DNA of 64,000 bases, taken from NCBI GenBank assembly GCA_963795085.1, contig CAWCFX010000003.1, positions 256,001 through 320,000 of the forward strand, read 5' to 3'. Of the stretch, positions 47,413 through 57,170 are shown one piece after another (positions within the stretch are counted from its first letter, which is position 1; every line of letters starts with the position of its first letter). The translations under genes were made by a program, and so were the position numbers. Under the pieces are notes generated by a model that saw only the letters and a program-made list of their open reading frames with translations, was not told the origin of the DNA and did not search any database. This stretch comes from an uncultured Gemmatimonadales bacterium (GTDB lineage: Bacteria > Gemmatimonadota > Gemmatimonadetes > Gemmatimonadales > GWC2-71-9).

Positions 47413-49818
47413 TCAATCCGCCACCTGCTCGAACCGCAGATTGAGCACCGGGTACTCCCGCCACCCGTCAAAGTCGAAGTGCCACCACTCTTCCGCATAC
47501 ACGGTAAAGCCCTGGGCCTCCATCGCGGTACGCAGCAGCTCTCGATGCCAGCGCTGCCGTGCGGTGCCCCCGGGGTACCCCGGCAGGCTGCGGGGGGTGG
47601 CCTCGTCGTAGGTTCCCACCATTTCCACCGGCGCGCCAGTCTCGAGGTCGTAAAGGGTCAGGTCCACGGCCGCGCCCCGGTTGTGCCGCGATCCGTTGGC
47701 CGGATCAGCCACCAGCCAGCGGAGGGAATCGGGGGTGGCATCCCAGAACACGCGGGTGACGTACCAGGGCCGGTAGGCATCGTGAATCAGCAGGCCGTAG
47801 CCCTGGTCCCGGAGCCAGCGGTGGGCCCGGAGCAGGGCTTCCCCGGCCGGCCGCTGAAGTAATGCGCGCGCAGCGGAGTAGAACGTGGTGCCCAGGAAGT
47901 TGTTGGTCGTGGCGTATCTGATGTCGAACCGGATGGTCGCGTCCAGGGTGGCGAGGTCCACCAGGTCCGGCGCCCGAAGACCGCCGGGCTGGACCGGCGG
48001 AGTGGCGGCCAGCGCCTCCTGCAACAACATGGGCACCGGACGAACCGGGGTGACCTGGAGTTGCCCGTTCGCTTCGGGGCCGACCGACCGGCGGGGAAAC
48101 TCGATGCCATTCAGGCTGACCGATATTCCCCTGCCCTCCGCGTCCCGGCGAACCACGAGGCGCTCCCCGGCGTATAAGCCGCGGGGTGGCAATCGGAAGA
48201 CCGAATCGGACAGCTCCTCGAGCGGGAAGGCGAAAAACCACTCGATCAGCACCCGGAGTCGCCCGAGGTCCTCGTAGAGGTAAAGGACGTTGTGGTCCCA
48301 CCCGTATTCACCGATGAGTCCCGCCCAGCGGGCGGGGACCTCGGGAGGAAACGGGGGGGGCGCCCTGGTGAAGAATTGCTCTCCGAACGCGATGGAGCTG
48401 TCGGTGAGCGGCGAAAAGGCGTTACCGAACTCCCGGACATCGTCCACCACGAGGTCGGGACCGGAGGCGCGCAGCGCGACCGCCACTCCGCCCGCCGGGA
48501 CCAGGGCCAGGCCATCGGGCCGCTCCAGCAACTCGAAACGCCGCTGGCCGTGGAAATAGTGGCCTCGCATGGCACGGGCGCGCCCGGGCGGAATCGGCTC
48601 GGTCTGCAGCGGTTCGGGAAGCGGACCCCCGGCCCGCTCCGCCCGCATGGCGCGCAGCGCGAACGCGCCGAGGCGCTCCAGCACCTGGTTGGAGAACTCG
48701 AGATTGGCAATGACCACGACGCCGAGTTTTTCCGCGGTCAGGCCGTGCAGCTCAGTGGAGAAGCCGTAAACCGCCCCGCCGTGGCTCACGTGCGGGCTGC
48801 CTTCGAAAGGGCTCACCCCGAACCCCAGTCCAAAAAAGGAGCCGGCCTCGAACTGGGGCCGCCACATCTGCTCCAGTGCGGCCGAGTCCACCAGCGGGGT
48901 ATCCGCCACGGTCCCCCGGCGAAACAGGAAGCTGAGGAAGCGGGCCAGGTCCACGGCGGTGGAACGCAGGCCCGCCGCAGGCTCGATTCCCCACTCGAAG
49001 TCAGGCGCCCCGAAGCGGCGTCCGTCCACCGTCCACATCGTGCCGGCAGCCGCCTCGCCCGGCAGGACCGGGGGCCCGAAGGCCGACCGGCTCATCCCGA
49101 TCGGCCCGAGGAGGCGTTGGGCCATGACCCGGTCAAACGGGGCCCCGGCGGCCACCTCGAGCACCCGCCCGGCGACGGCGTAACCGGCGTTGGAGTACTT
49201 GACGGTGCTCTCCGGAGGAAACACCAGGGTGGTGCCGTTGAGACTGGCCACGGTCGCGGCGAGCGTCGCGGGCGCCGGGGTGAAGTAGTTGCCCACCGGG
49301 GGTTCGTGCACCAGGCCGGAGCGATGCGCCAGCAGTTGCCGCAATGTTACCGGGCGCGACCCAGGGTTTCCGGGGTTGAAGCCAGGGAGATAGTCCGTAA
49401 CTGGCCGGTCGAGGCCCAGCCCGCCCGTTCCCACCTCCTGCATGACACCGAGCGCGGTAAACAACTTGGAGACGGACCCTACCCGGTAGATGGTCTGGGC
49501 GGTCGCGGGAAGGCTGTCGGCCGGGCGGGCGGTCCCGAAACCGCGCGCCCACACAATCCGCTGGTCCTCCACCAGGGCGATGGAGAGACCGGGGATCGCC
49601 TTGTCGGCCATTTCATGGACGATGAACCGGGTGACCGCCGCCGCAGTCTGGGAGTAGGACGGGGCCGCCGGGATGGAATCCTGGCCGCCCGCCGGCCCGG
49701 CGCTTGCCAGCAGGATGGACACCAGGGCGAAACACCGGCGGCGGCGGGGGCCGCACGGCGCCCTGTGATGGCCGCCACACACCGGGCGCGCCCATCCGGG
49801 GTAGGTTGGGATCATCAT
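47413..49818 (-). CDS. Serine hydrolase (beta-lactamase/PBP family) fused to an M15 D-Ala-D-Ala dipeptidase (VanX-like)
   Basis: SVSK, YSN, HGG motifs; C-terminal DAYRP, SRHNRGAAVD, EEWWHFD. Start uncertain. Confidence 0.9.
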   Translation of the reverse strand: MMIPTYPGWARPVCGGHHRAPCGPRRRRCFALVSILLASAGPAGGQDSIPAAPSYSQTAAAVTRFIVHEMADKAIPGLSIALVEDQRIVWARGFGTARPADSLPATAQTIYRVGSVSKLFTALGVMQEVGTGGLGLDRPVTDYLPGFNPGNPGSRPVTLRQLLAHRSGLVHEPPVGNYFTPAPATLAATVASLNGTTLVFPPESTVKYSNAGYAVAGRVLEVAAGAPFDRVMAQRLLGPIGMSRSAFGPPVLPGEAAAGTMWTVDGRRFGAPDFEWGIEPAAGLRSTAVDLARFLSFLFRRGTVADTPLVDSAALEQMWRPQFEAGSFFGLGFGVSPFEGSPHVSHGGAVYGFSTELHGLTAEKLGVVVIANLEFSNQVLERLGAFALRAMRAERAGGPLPEPLQTEPIPPGRARAMRGHYFHGQRRFELLERPDGLALVPAGGVAVALRASGPDLVVDDVREFGNAFSPLTDSSIAFGEQFFTRAPPPFPPEVPARWAGLIGEYGWDHNVLYLYEDLGRLRVLIEWFFAFPLEELSDSVFRLPPRGLYAGERLVVRRDAEGRGISVSLNGIEFPRRSVGPEANGQLQVTPVRPVPMLLQEALAATPPVQPGGLRAPDLVDLATLDATIRFDIRYATTNNFLGTTFYSAARALLQRPAGEALLRAHRWLRDQGYGLLIHDAYRPWYVTRVFWDATPDSLRWLVADPANGSRHNRGAAVDLTLYDLETGAPVEMVGTYDEATPRSLPGYPGGTARQRWHRELLRTAMEAQGFTVYAEEWWHFDFDGWREYPVLNLRFEQVAD

Positions 49819-49857
49819 TGCCGTCCGCCGTTTTCTGCCAAATCAGGAGTGAAGAAC

Positions 49858-50055
49858 ATGCCCAGGGAAGTGCCGCGCCGTCGCGCCAGTGATCGGGACC
49901 AGCACGCCGAACCGGGACTCATGTTCGGGCTGGATTGGGCTCGCGAGGACGAGTCGCCGGCCAGCTTCGACCCGCAGGCGCCGACCCCCGACCGCCGCGA
50001 ACGCAGTCTGGACTGGGCCGGAGATGACCGCCGGGCCCGGCGGACAGGCTCCTAG
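49858..50055 (+). CDS. Small hypothetical protein (65 aa)
   Basis: AGGAG RBS; its stop shares the CTAG with the convergent M14 gene stop. Confidence 0.5.
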   Translation: MPREVPRRRASDRDQHAEPGLMFGLDWAREDESPASFDPQAPTPDRRERSLDWAGDDRRARRTGS

Positions 50056-52751
50056 CGGCCGGTCCCCAATAATACCGCGTTGGTCACCAGCCTGGCGGTC
50101 CCGCGCCAGAACCCCCGGAACAGGGGGTTCTCCGCGAAAACTACCACCGATCCGCGACCGACGTTTTCGACCGCGGCCCACACCGAGCCACGAAGCAGCT
50201 TCTCGGTGTTTCCGGGCCACGTGAACCCGGCAAGGGTCAGGTCGGAGCCCACAAAGACGACCGGGTTATCTCCCTTCTCCGAGGGCTTGAGCAGCCGGCC
50301 GGTATCCAGGAACACGGGAAGCACATCCCGGGCATACCCCATGGTGAGCCAGTGGGTCTGGTCGAGGGAGGCCCGGAAGATGGCGCCGGGAATGCGGACC
50401 GGGGTGCGGCTCGCCCCCGCGCTGGGCGACACCAGCGGGGGCGCCGGCCGGCTGCTCAGGCTCACCGTCGTATCGGCCCCGGGCAGCTTGGTCTTATCGG
50501 TTTCGTCCTCGCCCAGCGGCACCACGGTGGTGAGGGAGATCTCCTTGCGGCTCAGCACCTCGACCGCGCCCCCCACGGCGAGAATGCTGCCGCCGCTTCG
50601 CACCCAACTCTTCAACCGTTCTGCCCCGCTCTCGCCGAGTTCCCGCCAGATCCGGCTGGAAGACCCGCCCGGAAGAATCAGGACGTTGTATCGGTCGAGG
50701 TCCATCCCGCTGATGGCCGAGAGCCGCACCGGCGTGACCGGGTAGCGCAGCTCCTGCTCGAAGTAATACCAGAAGTCTCCAAAGGTCGTCTGGTCGAGTC
50801 CATCATCCGCCGCGAGCAGGACCCGGGGCGTCCGCAGGCTGACGACGCTTTCGCTGCCCACCCCGGTGTTGCCGGTATCGGCGAAGGCCGACTGCACGGC
50901 GGTCACCTGGGCGCCGGTCTCCATGGCCAGCGCCGCGATCCGCTCGTGGATGCCCACAGGATTTCGTTGCAGCCGCACCACGAACGTACCCCGCGGCCAG
51001 GCGGCGCCATCGGCGACGAGAGGCGCGGTGGCGACGGCGACCTTGAAATCCTCGCGCAGGAGCTGCATCGCGAGCCGGGCACCCGCCTCCGATCCGTTGG
51101 TAAACACGTAGGCCGAGCGGGCCCGCCCGGTTACGGTCCCCGGCGGCAGGCTGTCATCCACCGCCACCCGACGCCCGCTGACCGGCGCGGCCTCGTCGGT
51201 GTGCCAGGCGTCGAGACCCAGCGTCAGCGGCAGCGCCCATGCCGTGATGTCGTAGAATTCGTAGCCTTCCTGGGCGGCTTCCTCGCCCCGGATCCGGTTG
51301 CGTTCGAAGCGGCCCAGCTGACGCTGGGCGAACCCGCTGTCCATCAGCGGCCGCGGTTCCAGGATGGCGGTGGCCAGCCGGGCCTCCGGCTGGTCGAGAT
51401 CCACCACGTAGCTGCCGGCCGGAATGACCTGCCGTCCCGCCGGACCGCCCAGGTAGGACGTGGCCCGGGCCAGGGCGACCGGGGCCTCGGTGCGTATCAC
51501 CTCGATGTGCTGGCGGGACAGCAGGCTTGCCAGCCAGTGGGCGCGAGCCGGGTCGCCGGCGCCGCCAAACACGATGCGCCGGAGCGGCCGTCCCCGCGCC
51601 TCCGCCATGCCGGTGGCGTGGAAGGCGTGGTAATCCTGGAGCAGCGCCGCCCGGTTGGCCGCCGCCGTGGCCAGGGTGGCCAGGGAAGCGACATAGTGAT
51701 GCGCGATGCCCATCTCGAAGCTGGTCCAGGTCCCGTCGTCCTTGCGCTTCCGAAGCTCCGGCCCCCCGTCGGTCTCATACGTCATCCCGATGGCCCCGCT
51801 CAGGGTGGGCCATTCGTCCACGTAGCCGGGGTAGAAGAAATCGAACACGTCCCGCACGTAGTACTGCCAGCCGTAGCGGTCGAAGGCGTTCCCGTTGTTG
51901 CGGCCAAACCGTTCGAACCACTGAAGGGTCGATGCCGGCAGGTTGCGGTTGGTCGGCTGGGTGACCGGGGGGAAGAAATATTGACTGGTCGTGCTGTGCA
52001 GGTCCACGACTACCTGGGGCCGCCACCGCGTCATCACGCCGGCGAGGGCACGCGATTCCAGCTGCGACTGGGCCAGCAGGTCCCGGTTCATGTCGAACCG
52101 GTAATGGTTGTACCGGCCCCAGATGCTCCAGGGTTCGGTCTGTTCCAGCGCCGCCGGCTCGTCGGTGTTGACGGCGACCGAATTGTACCACGCGGCGAAC
52201 CGCTCGTGCCCATCGGGGTTCTGCGACGGATTGATGAGGACGAGGGTCTGCCGGAGGATCTCCAGGGTCGCCGGCTCGTCGCTCGCCAGCAGTTGATACG
52301 CGGTCTGCATGGCCGTCTCGAAGCCGGCCGGTTCATTGCCATGCACCGAGTGGGACAGCAGGACCACGGCGGGCAGCCCCTCGGCGACGGATCGGGCGTC
52401 AGCGGCGGTCGTCGCCCGCGCATCGGCCAGCCGGGCCAGCCCGGCGCGGATCTGGTCCAGCCGGGCCAGGTTTTCCGGCGCCGAGATGATCAGCAGCCGC
52501 ATCACTTTCCCCTCGGCGGTCCGGCCCATCACCTCGGTCCGGACCCGCTCCGGCGCCGCCGCCATCATCCGGTCCAGCACCCCCTGCTGCTGGTGATACA
52601 TCGTGTGCCGGGCGCCAATCCGGTATCCCAGGAGGCTTTCCGGGCGAGGCACGGCGGCGCGGTAGGGACCCCGATCGTAGAAATCGAACTCCTGGGCCGC
52701 CAGCGGGGTGGCCAGGGAGAGGGCGATGGCGAGGGCAATGAGTCGGGGCAT
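50052..52751 (-). CDS. M14 family zinc carboxypeptidase (secreted)
   Basis: Signal peptide, HGNE, NPDGHER, DMNRD, DLH; C-terminal GATase-like region. Confidence 0.92.
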   Translation of the reverse strand: MPRLIALAIALSLATPLAAQEFDFYDRGPYRAAVPRPESLLGYRIGARHTMYHQQQGVLDRMMAAAPERVRTEVMGRTAEGKVMRLLIISAPENLARLDQIRAGLARLADARATTAADARSVAEGLPAVVLLSHSVHGNEPAGFETAMQTAYQLLASDEPATLEILRQTLVLINPSQNPDGHERFAAWYNSVAVNTDEPAALEQTEPWSIWGRYNHYRFDMNRDLLAQSQLESRALAGVMTRWRPQVVVDLHSTTSQYFFPPVTQPTNRNLPASTLQWFERFGRNNGNAFDRYGWQYYVRDVFDFFYPGYVDEWPTLSGAIGMTYETDGGPELRKRKDDGTWTSFEMGIAHHYVASLATLATAAANRAALLQDYHAFHATGMAEARGRPLRRIVFGGAGDPARAHWLASLLSRQHIEVIRTEAPVALARATSYLGGPAGRQVIPAGSYVVDLDQPEARLATAILEPRPLMDSGFAQRQLGRFERNRIRGEEAAQEGYEFYDITAWALPLTLGLDAWHTDEAAPVSGRRVAVDDSLPPGTVTGRARSAYVFTNGSEAGARLAMQLLREDFKVAVATAPLVADGAAWPRGTFVVRLQRNPVGIHERIAALAMETGAQVTAVQSAFADTGNTGVGSESVVSLRTPRVLLAADDGLDQTTFGDFWYYFEQELRYPVTPVRLSAISGMDLDRYNVLILPGGSSSRIWRELGESGAERLKSWVRSGGSILAVGGAVEVLSRKEISLTTVVPLGEDETDKTKLPGADTTVSLSSRPAPPLVSPSAGASRTPVRIPGAIFRASLDQTHWLTMGYARDVLPVFLDTGRLLKPSEKGDNPVVFVGSDLTLAGFTWPGNTEKLLRGSVWAAVENVGRGSVVVFAENPLFRGFWRGTARLVTNAVLLGTGR

Positions 52752-52854
52752 GGGGGGCAAAGGGGGCAAAGGGGCAAAGGGGCAAAGGGGGCAAGGGCAA
52801 GGGGCCAGAGGGTATGGGGGTACGGCCCGCTTGCCCCCTGTCCCCCTGGCCCTC
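52752..52854. repeat. Intergenic G-rich octamer tandem array with a partial inverted arm
   Basis: GGGGCAAA-type units about 6 times, GGGTATGG, then ttgccccc tgtccccc tggccctc. Confidence 0.85.
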
Positions 52855-53787
52855 TTACGTCAGGATCGCCTGCTGCTGCTGCTGACGGGAGCGCAAATCC
52901 CAGGTTTCAGCCACGACGCCGCCGAGCAGGAACACGATGGCGGTGTACCAGACCCAGAGCACGAAGAGAATCATGGCACCCAGGTTGGCATCGAGAGTGA
53001 ACTGGCTGTTCTGCACGATGCGCCCAAGGTACAGCCCGAAGAGACGCTTGGCCACTTCGAAGGCGATCGCCGTAAAGCTTGCGGCCACCATGGCGGCCCG
53101 CCAGGGCAGCCGCCGGATAGACGCGTAGCGGTAGATCACGAAGAAGAGGACGATCGAGAATCCTACCGTGAGGACCTCCCCCAGCATCCGGCCCAGGGTG
53201 GTGAAAAAGAACGCGGTCAGCGGGGTCTCGCCCTCGGCCTGCCGGGGCAGGATGGACAGCAGGGTGCTCAACACGGTGTTGAGCAGGAACAGCAGGATGA
53301 CCGCCACGACCATGGAGACATCGCGCAGCTTGGCGAGAAGGTAGTTTACCAGGAAATGCCGCCGCACGGTCCGCACCGAGACATCGTACAGAAAGTTGAG
53401 GGCGGTGCGGATGCCGGCGAAGAGGCGGGTACTGAACCAGATGAAACTGGGCAGCGCGTACAGGGTAAGCTTGCCCCGGTTCTCGGTCACCTTGGCCAGC
53501 AGCGCCTCGACCACGGCGAATGGATCGTTGCCGCCCACCAGGGTGTGGGCGGGCAGAAATGGCTGCAGCAGCTGGTGAATGTCCACCGTGGAGGAGTTGC
53601 CCTGCAGCTCGGCCAGGTAGGTCAGCGCCACCAGGAGCAGCAGGATAAAGGGGACGGCGGCCAGCAACGCGTCGAAGGTCAGCGCGCTGGCCAGGAAGGG
53701 GACGTTGTTTTCGTCGGCGGCCTGCAGAGTGCGCCGGACGAACCCGCGGAGGCTGCGGTGCCAGCCTCCCAGGACGATACTGGTCAG
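52855..53787 (-). CDS. YihY/virulence factor BrkB family membrane protein (probable CTG start)
   Basis: The family N-terminus ENNVPFLASALTFDALLA lies upstream of the track's TTG; FEVAKRLFGLY, LWVWY. Confidence 0.85.
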   Translation of the reverse strand: MTSIVLGGWHRSLRGFVRRTLQAADENNVPFLASALTFDALLAAVPFILLLLVALTYLAELQGNSSTVDIHQLLQPFLPAHTLVGGNDPFAVVEALLAKVTENRGKLTLYALPSFIWFSTRLFAGIRTALNFLYDVSVRTVRRHFLVNYLLAKLRDVSMVVAVILLFLLNTVLSTLLSILPRQAEGETPLTAFFFTTLGRMLGEVLTVGFSIVLFFVIYRYASIRRLPWRAAMVAASFTAIAFEVAKRLFGLYLGRIVQNSQFTLDANLGAMILFVLWVWYTAIVFLLGGVVAETWDLRSRQQQQQAILT

Positions 53788-54218
53788 GCGGTGGGCTCCT
53801 GGGCGCGGGGGCCCCGGCGGCGGGCGCGGGCCTGTTCCAGCCGGCGTTCCAGCTCTTCCCGGGCGCCACCCCGCTGCGTGGTCGGCTCCAGGTCGGGCGC
53901 GCCGTCCTCGTCGGCATAATCGAGGTCGTCGGGGGCGTCCACGGCCAGGTCATCCGCGGGGAAGCCCGCGGCCGGGCTGACCCGGTTCCGGCTGGACAAC
54001 TTCTCGCCCAGCTCGTCCACCTTCTCTTCGGCCATCGCCCGCACCTTGCGGAGCCGGCGCTTGAGGCCTCGGCGGGTTTCCTCTCCGCTCTGCGGCGCGT
54101 ACAGCAGGGCCAGTCCGGCGCCGATCATCGCACCCAGCAGGAGCGCCTTGACCGAGGTCCCGCCCCGCTCCACGAACACGATCTTGCGGCCGTCGTCGTC
54201 ATCGTCATCGAAAAACAT
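53784..54218 (-). CDS. YtxH domain-containing protein
   Basis: LLGAMIGAGLALLYAPQSGEETR. Confidence 0.9.
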   Translation of the reverse strand: MFFDDDDDDGRKIVFVERGGTSVKALLLGAMIGAGLALLYAPQSGEETRRGLKRRLRKVRAMAEEKVDELGEKLSSRNRVSPAAGFPADDLAVDAPDDLDYADEDGAPDLEPTTQRGGAREELERRLEQARARRRGPRAQEPTA

Positions 54219-54224
54219 GGGGAT

Positions 54225-55640
54225 CTATTCTCCAGCTTCGGCGTCGTCCACCGCGGTGACGAGGGCCGGCTTCAGGGAAGCGTGCGGTTGCAGCGGAGCG
54301 TGAATGAACTCGTTCACCAGGGTGATGGTGCCATTGACGTTGAGCTGCTCGAAGAGAAACGCAAAGGTCTTCTCCAGGTCCTTCGCAATGGCGGCGCGAA
54401 CGTCCTCGGGCAGCGACCAGAATTCCTGCTTGAAGGGGCCGATCGCCTTTTTCCGCGCCTTGTAGTAAAACTGTTCGTCGGAGTCGCCGGCCTTGAAATC
54501 GCTCTGGGCATTCTCCTTGACCCACGCCTTGATACGGGAGACCATCTCGGCCGGGAGGCTGGGATGGTCGAACACGATGTTCTGGAAATTGGTGGCGAGG
54601 TGGATCTCGGCGGTCTCGATCCGGGGGAAGTTGCCAAAGGCGTTGGAGGGCAGCGTGCTGGCACCGTGCTGCACCGCGCCGGAGAGGCCGTATTCCTCGC
54701 GGGCCACCCGGGAGAGGGCCGCCAGCGCCTCGAGGTCGAGCTTGACGTCGGCGATGCTGCCGTCCGGCAGCACGACGCCACCGTGGGAGGTGCCGGTCTG
54801 CACCGAGATCTTGGTGATCCCTTCGTAGTCGCCCAGCGCCGCGAGGGCCCGGTTGTAACCCTGCATGAACGCGTGCAGTTCCTCCACGGTGCTGTTCTTG
54901 TGTCCGACCTCGCCGATCTCGGCGCCCACCGAGACGGACACGCCTTCCGGTTCCTGGTCCCGGATGAACTGGGTGATTTCGGCGGCGTGCTGGTAGTTGA
55001 GCCGCTGCTGCTCGTCCAGCGTGGGCCGGGAGAGATCCACCAGGGTGGATGTGTCCACGTCGATGTTGTAGAAACCGGCGCCGACCTCCTCCCCGATCAA
55101 CTTCTTCACCTCGCCCAGTTCTCCCGGGGCATCGGCCTGGTATTTCTTGGCGTTGACCTGGCAGTGGTCGCCCTGGATGAAGAGCGGGAGGTGATAGCCC
55201 TCGCGCAGCGCGGCGCCGATGATGACCGCGACGTATTCGGCCGGGCGCTGGTCGGTGTAGGCAATCTCGGAACGGGCGATCTCGAAAATCACCGCGCCGG
55301 CCCGCCCCGCCTTGGCGGTGCGCATGATGGCGCGGGAGGTATCGTAGGTCATCATGCGGACGTTCATCGCCGGCACCGTGAAGCCGGCGCACTCGCCCCG
55401 GGCCCGGGCCTCGTAGATGCCGGTAATCGAGGCCGGCCGCGCGCCCACCGCCTGGCCCAGTTCCCAGAGCAGCCAGCGGGCCGCGTCCCGCCCGGCCGGA
55501 TCGCCGAAGACGGCCTGCCAGACCACCCGGTCGGTGGCCTCCGACTGGAGCTTCGATGCATCCTTCACATGCACGCCGCCCGCCGTCAGGAGCACGGCGC
55601 CGGCGTACAGATTGACTGCCTGCTGGATCGGATCGGTCAT
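54225..55640 (-). CDS. fba: Class II fructose-bisphosphate aldolase family protein
   Basis: VPAMN, QGDH, AEIGEVG, GTSHGG, QHGASTL. Confidence 0.88.
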   Translation of the reverse strand: MTDPIQQAVNLYAGAVLLTAGGVHVKDASKLQSEATDRVVWQAVFGDPAGRDAARWLLWELGQAVGARPASITGIYEARARGECAGFTVPAMNVRMMTYDTSRAIMRTAKAGRAGAVIFEIARSEIAYTDQRPAEYVAVIIGAALREGYHLPLFIQGDHCQVNAKKYQADAPGELGEVKKLIGEEVGAGFYNIDVDTSTLVDLSRPTLDEQQRLNYQHAAEITQFIRDQEPEGVSVSVGAEIGEVGHKNSTVEELHAFMQGYNRALAALGDYEGITKISVQTGTSHGGVVLPDGSIADVKLDLEALAALSRVAREEYGLSGAVQHGASTLPSNAFGNFPRIETAEIHLATNFQNIVFDHPSLPAEMVSRIKAWVKENAQSDFKAGDSDEQFYYKARKKAIGPFKQEFWSLPEDVRAAIAKDLEKTFAFLFEQLNVNGTITLVNEFIHAPLQPHASLKPALVTAVDDAEAGE

Positions 55641-55739
55641 AGGATTTCCTCGAGCTGGATCAGCGGATTCCTGATTTCAGAATCTAGGCCCGAAACGAGA
55701 ACGAAGTAAGTGGGCCGGGCGATCGTGGGACGGTGAAAA

Positions 55740-57119
55740 TCAGGCCACGTCCCCCGTCCTCCGGTTCCTGACCTCCTGCAATTCAAACCCCGGGCGGCCC
55801 ATGGCGGCGTAGGTGAGCCGCTTGCCCAGTTCCACCCCGGGCTGATCGAACGGGTTGACCCCGTACCAGACGCCGGCGTACCCGGTGGCCAGCTGGTAGA
55901 ACATGATCAGGTGGCCCAGGGATTCCGCGGTGAGCACCGGCAGCTGCACCGTCATGTTCATCCGGCCGGCGCTGGAGAGCGCGGCCGCGGTGGCTTCGAA
56001 CTCGGCGCGAAGCAGGCCGCCCAGCGTGTGGCCCGGCAGGTAGGCCAGCTCCGCCGGGAGGGAAGGCAGTCCGGGTATGGTGACGTCCTCGCCGAACTCG
56101 TTCACGGTCAGGAAGGTGACCACCTTGTCATAGGGCCCCTCCATGAACAGCTGCACCTGGCTGTGCTGGTCGGTGGCACCCACCGAGGCAAGCGGCGTGG
56201 GGCCGGTGAACACCGCGTGCCCGCCCCGGCTTTCCCGCTTGCCCAGGCTCTCGGCCCACAGCTGGCGGAACCACTCGGCGAATTCCCGAAGCCGGTCGGT
56301 GTAGGGCATCAGGACGTGAATCCGGGCGCCCTGCGTCGCGTCCGCCGACCAGAGCAGGGCCGCGTAGAGGGCGGCGCGGTTGTGCAGCAAGTCGGGCTCA
56401 TCAGCGTTCTCGACCGCCGTGCGGGCGCCTTCGAGGAGCGCGGCGATATCGATGCCGACCAGCGCCGCCGGCAGCAGCCCCACCGGCGACAGGACGCTGA
56501 ACCGCCCCCCCACGGAGGGCGGGACATTGAGCGTGGCGATCCCATCGGCCTGGGCGATCTCCCGGAGGGCGCCCTTCTCAGGGTCGGTGGTAAACACCAG
56601 GTGGCGCACCGCCGCCGAGCCGAGGGCATCTTCCAGCCACTGCCGGATTACCAGATACTGGGCCATCGTCTCGGCGGTGCCGCCCGATTTGCTGATCACG
56701 TTCACCAGTACCCGCCGGGGATCGATCCGGCGCAGCGCGGCGGCGATGGTCGTCGGATCGACGTTGTCGAGGACGGTGAGCCGGGGAAAGAACTCCCGGC
56801 CTTCATCGTCCAGCTCGTTCCACGCGGGAGGTCGCAGCGCGTTGAGCAGCGCCTTGGCGCCCAGGGCGGAGCCGCCGATTCCCAGGACCACGACGTGGTC
56901 ATGCGCCTGGCCCAGCCCCTCGGCGAAACCCGCGATACTCTTCACGGTGGCGTCCTGCTCCGCCAGGCCGTAGAACCCGTACTCCCCCTCGGCGCGGCGA
57001 GCCCGGACTTCGGCCTGGACGTCCCGAAACCGGGACTCCAGCTCCTCGAGGCGGGCGCGAGAGAGTCCGTGCTCCCCGTCGAGGCCGTCCTGCATCATCC
57101 GTCCGTAACTCAGTTTCAT
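55740..57119 (-). CDS. pgi: Glucose-6-phosphate isomerase
   Basis: GIGGSALG, SKSGGTAET, VGGRFSV, QLWAESLGK, DQPGVELGK. Confidence 0.96.
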   Translation of the reverse strand: MKLSYGRMMQDGLDGEHGLSRARLEELESRFRDVQAEVRARRAEGEYGFYGLAEQDATVKSIAGFAEGLGQAHDHVVVLGIGGSALGAKALLNALRPPAWNELDDEGREFFPRLTVLDNVDPTTIAAALRRIDPRRVLVNVISKSGGTAETMAQYLVIRQWLEDALGSAAVRHLVFTTDPEKGALREIAQADGIATLNVPPSVGGRFSVLSPVGLLPAALVGIDIAALLEGARTAVENADEPDLLHNRAALYAALLWSADATQGARIHVLMPYTDRLREFAEWFRQLWAESLGKRESRGGHAVFTGPTPLASVGATDQHSQVQLFMEGPYDKVVTFLTVNEFGEDVTIPGLPSLPAELAYLPGHTLGGLLRAEFEATAAALSSAGRMNMTVQLPVLTAESLGHLIMFYQLATGYAGVWYGVNPFDQPGVELGKRLTYAAMGRPGFELQEVRNRRTGDVA

Positions 57120-57170
57120 CGTCGCGCTCCAGTGCATGGGAAGGAGCCAGCCGGCCTGCCGGGTCGCCCG

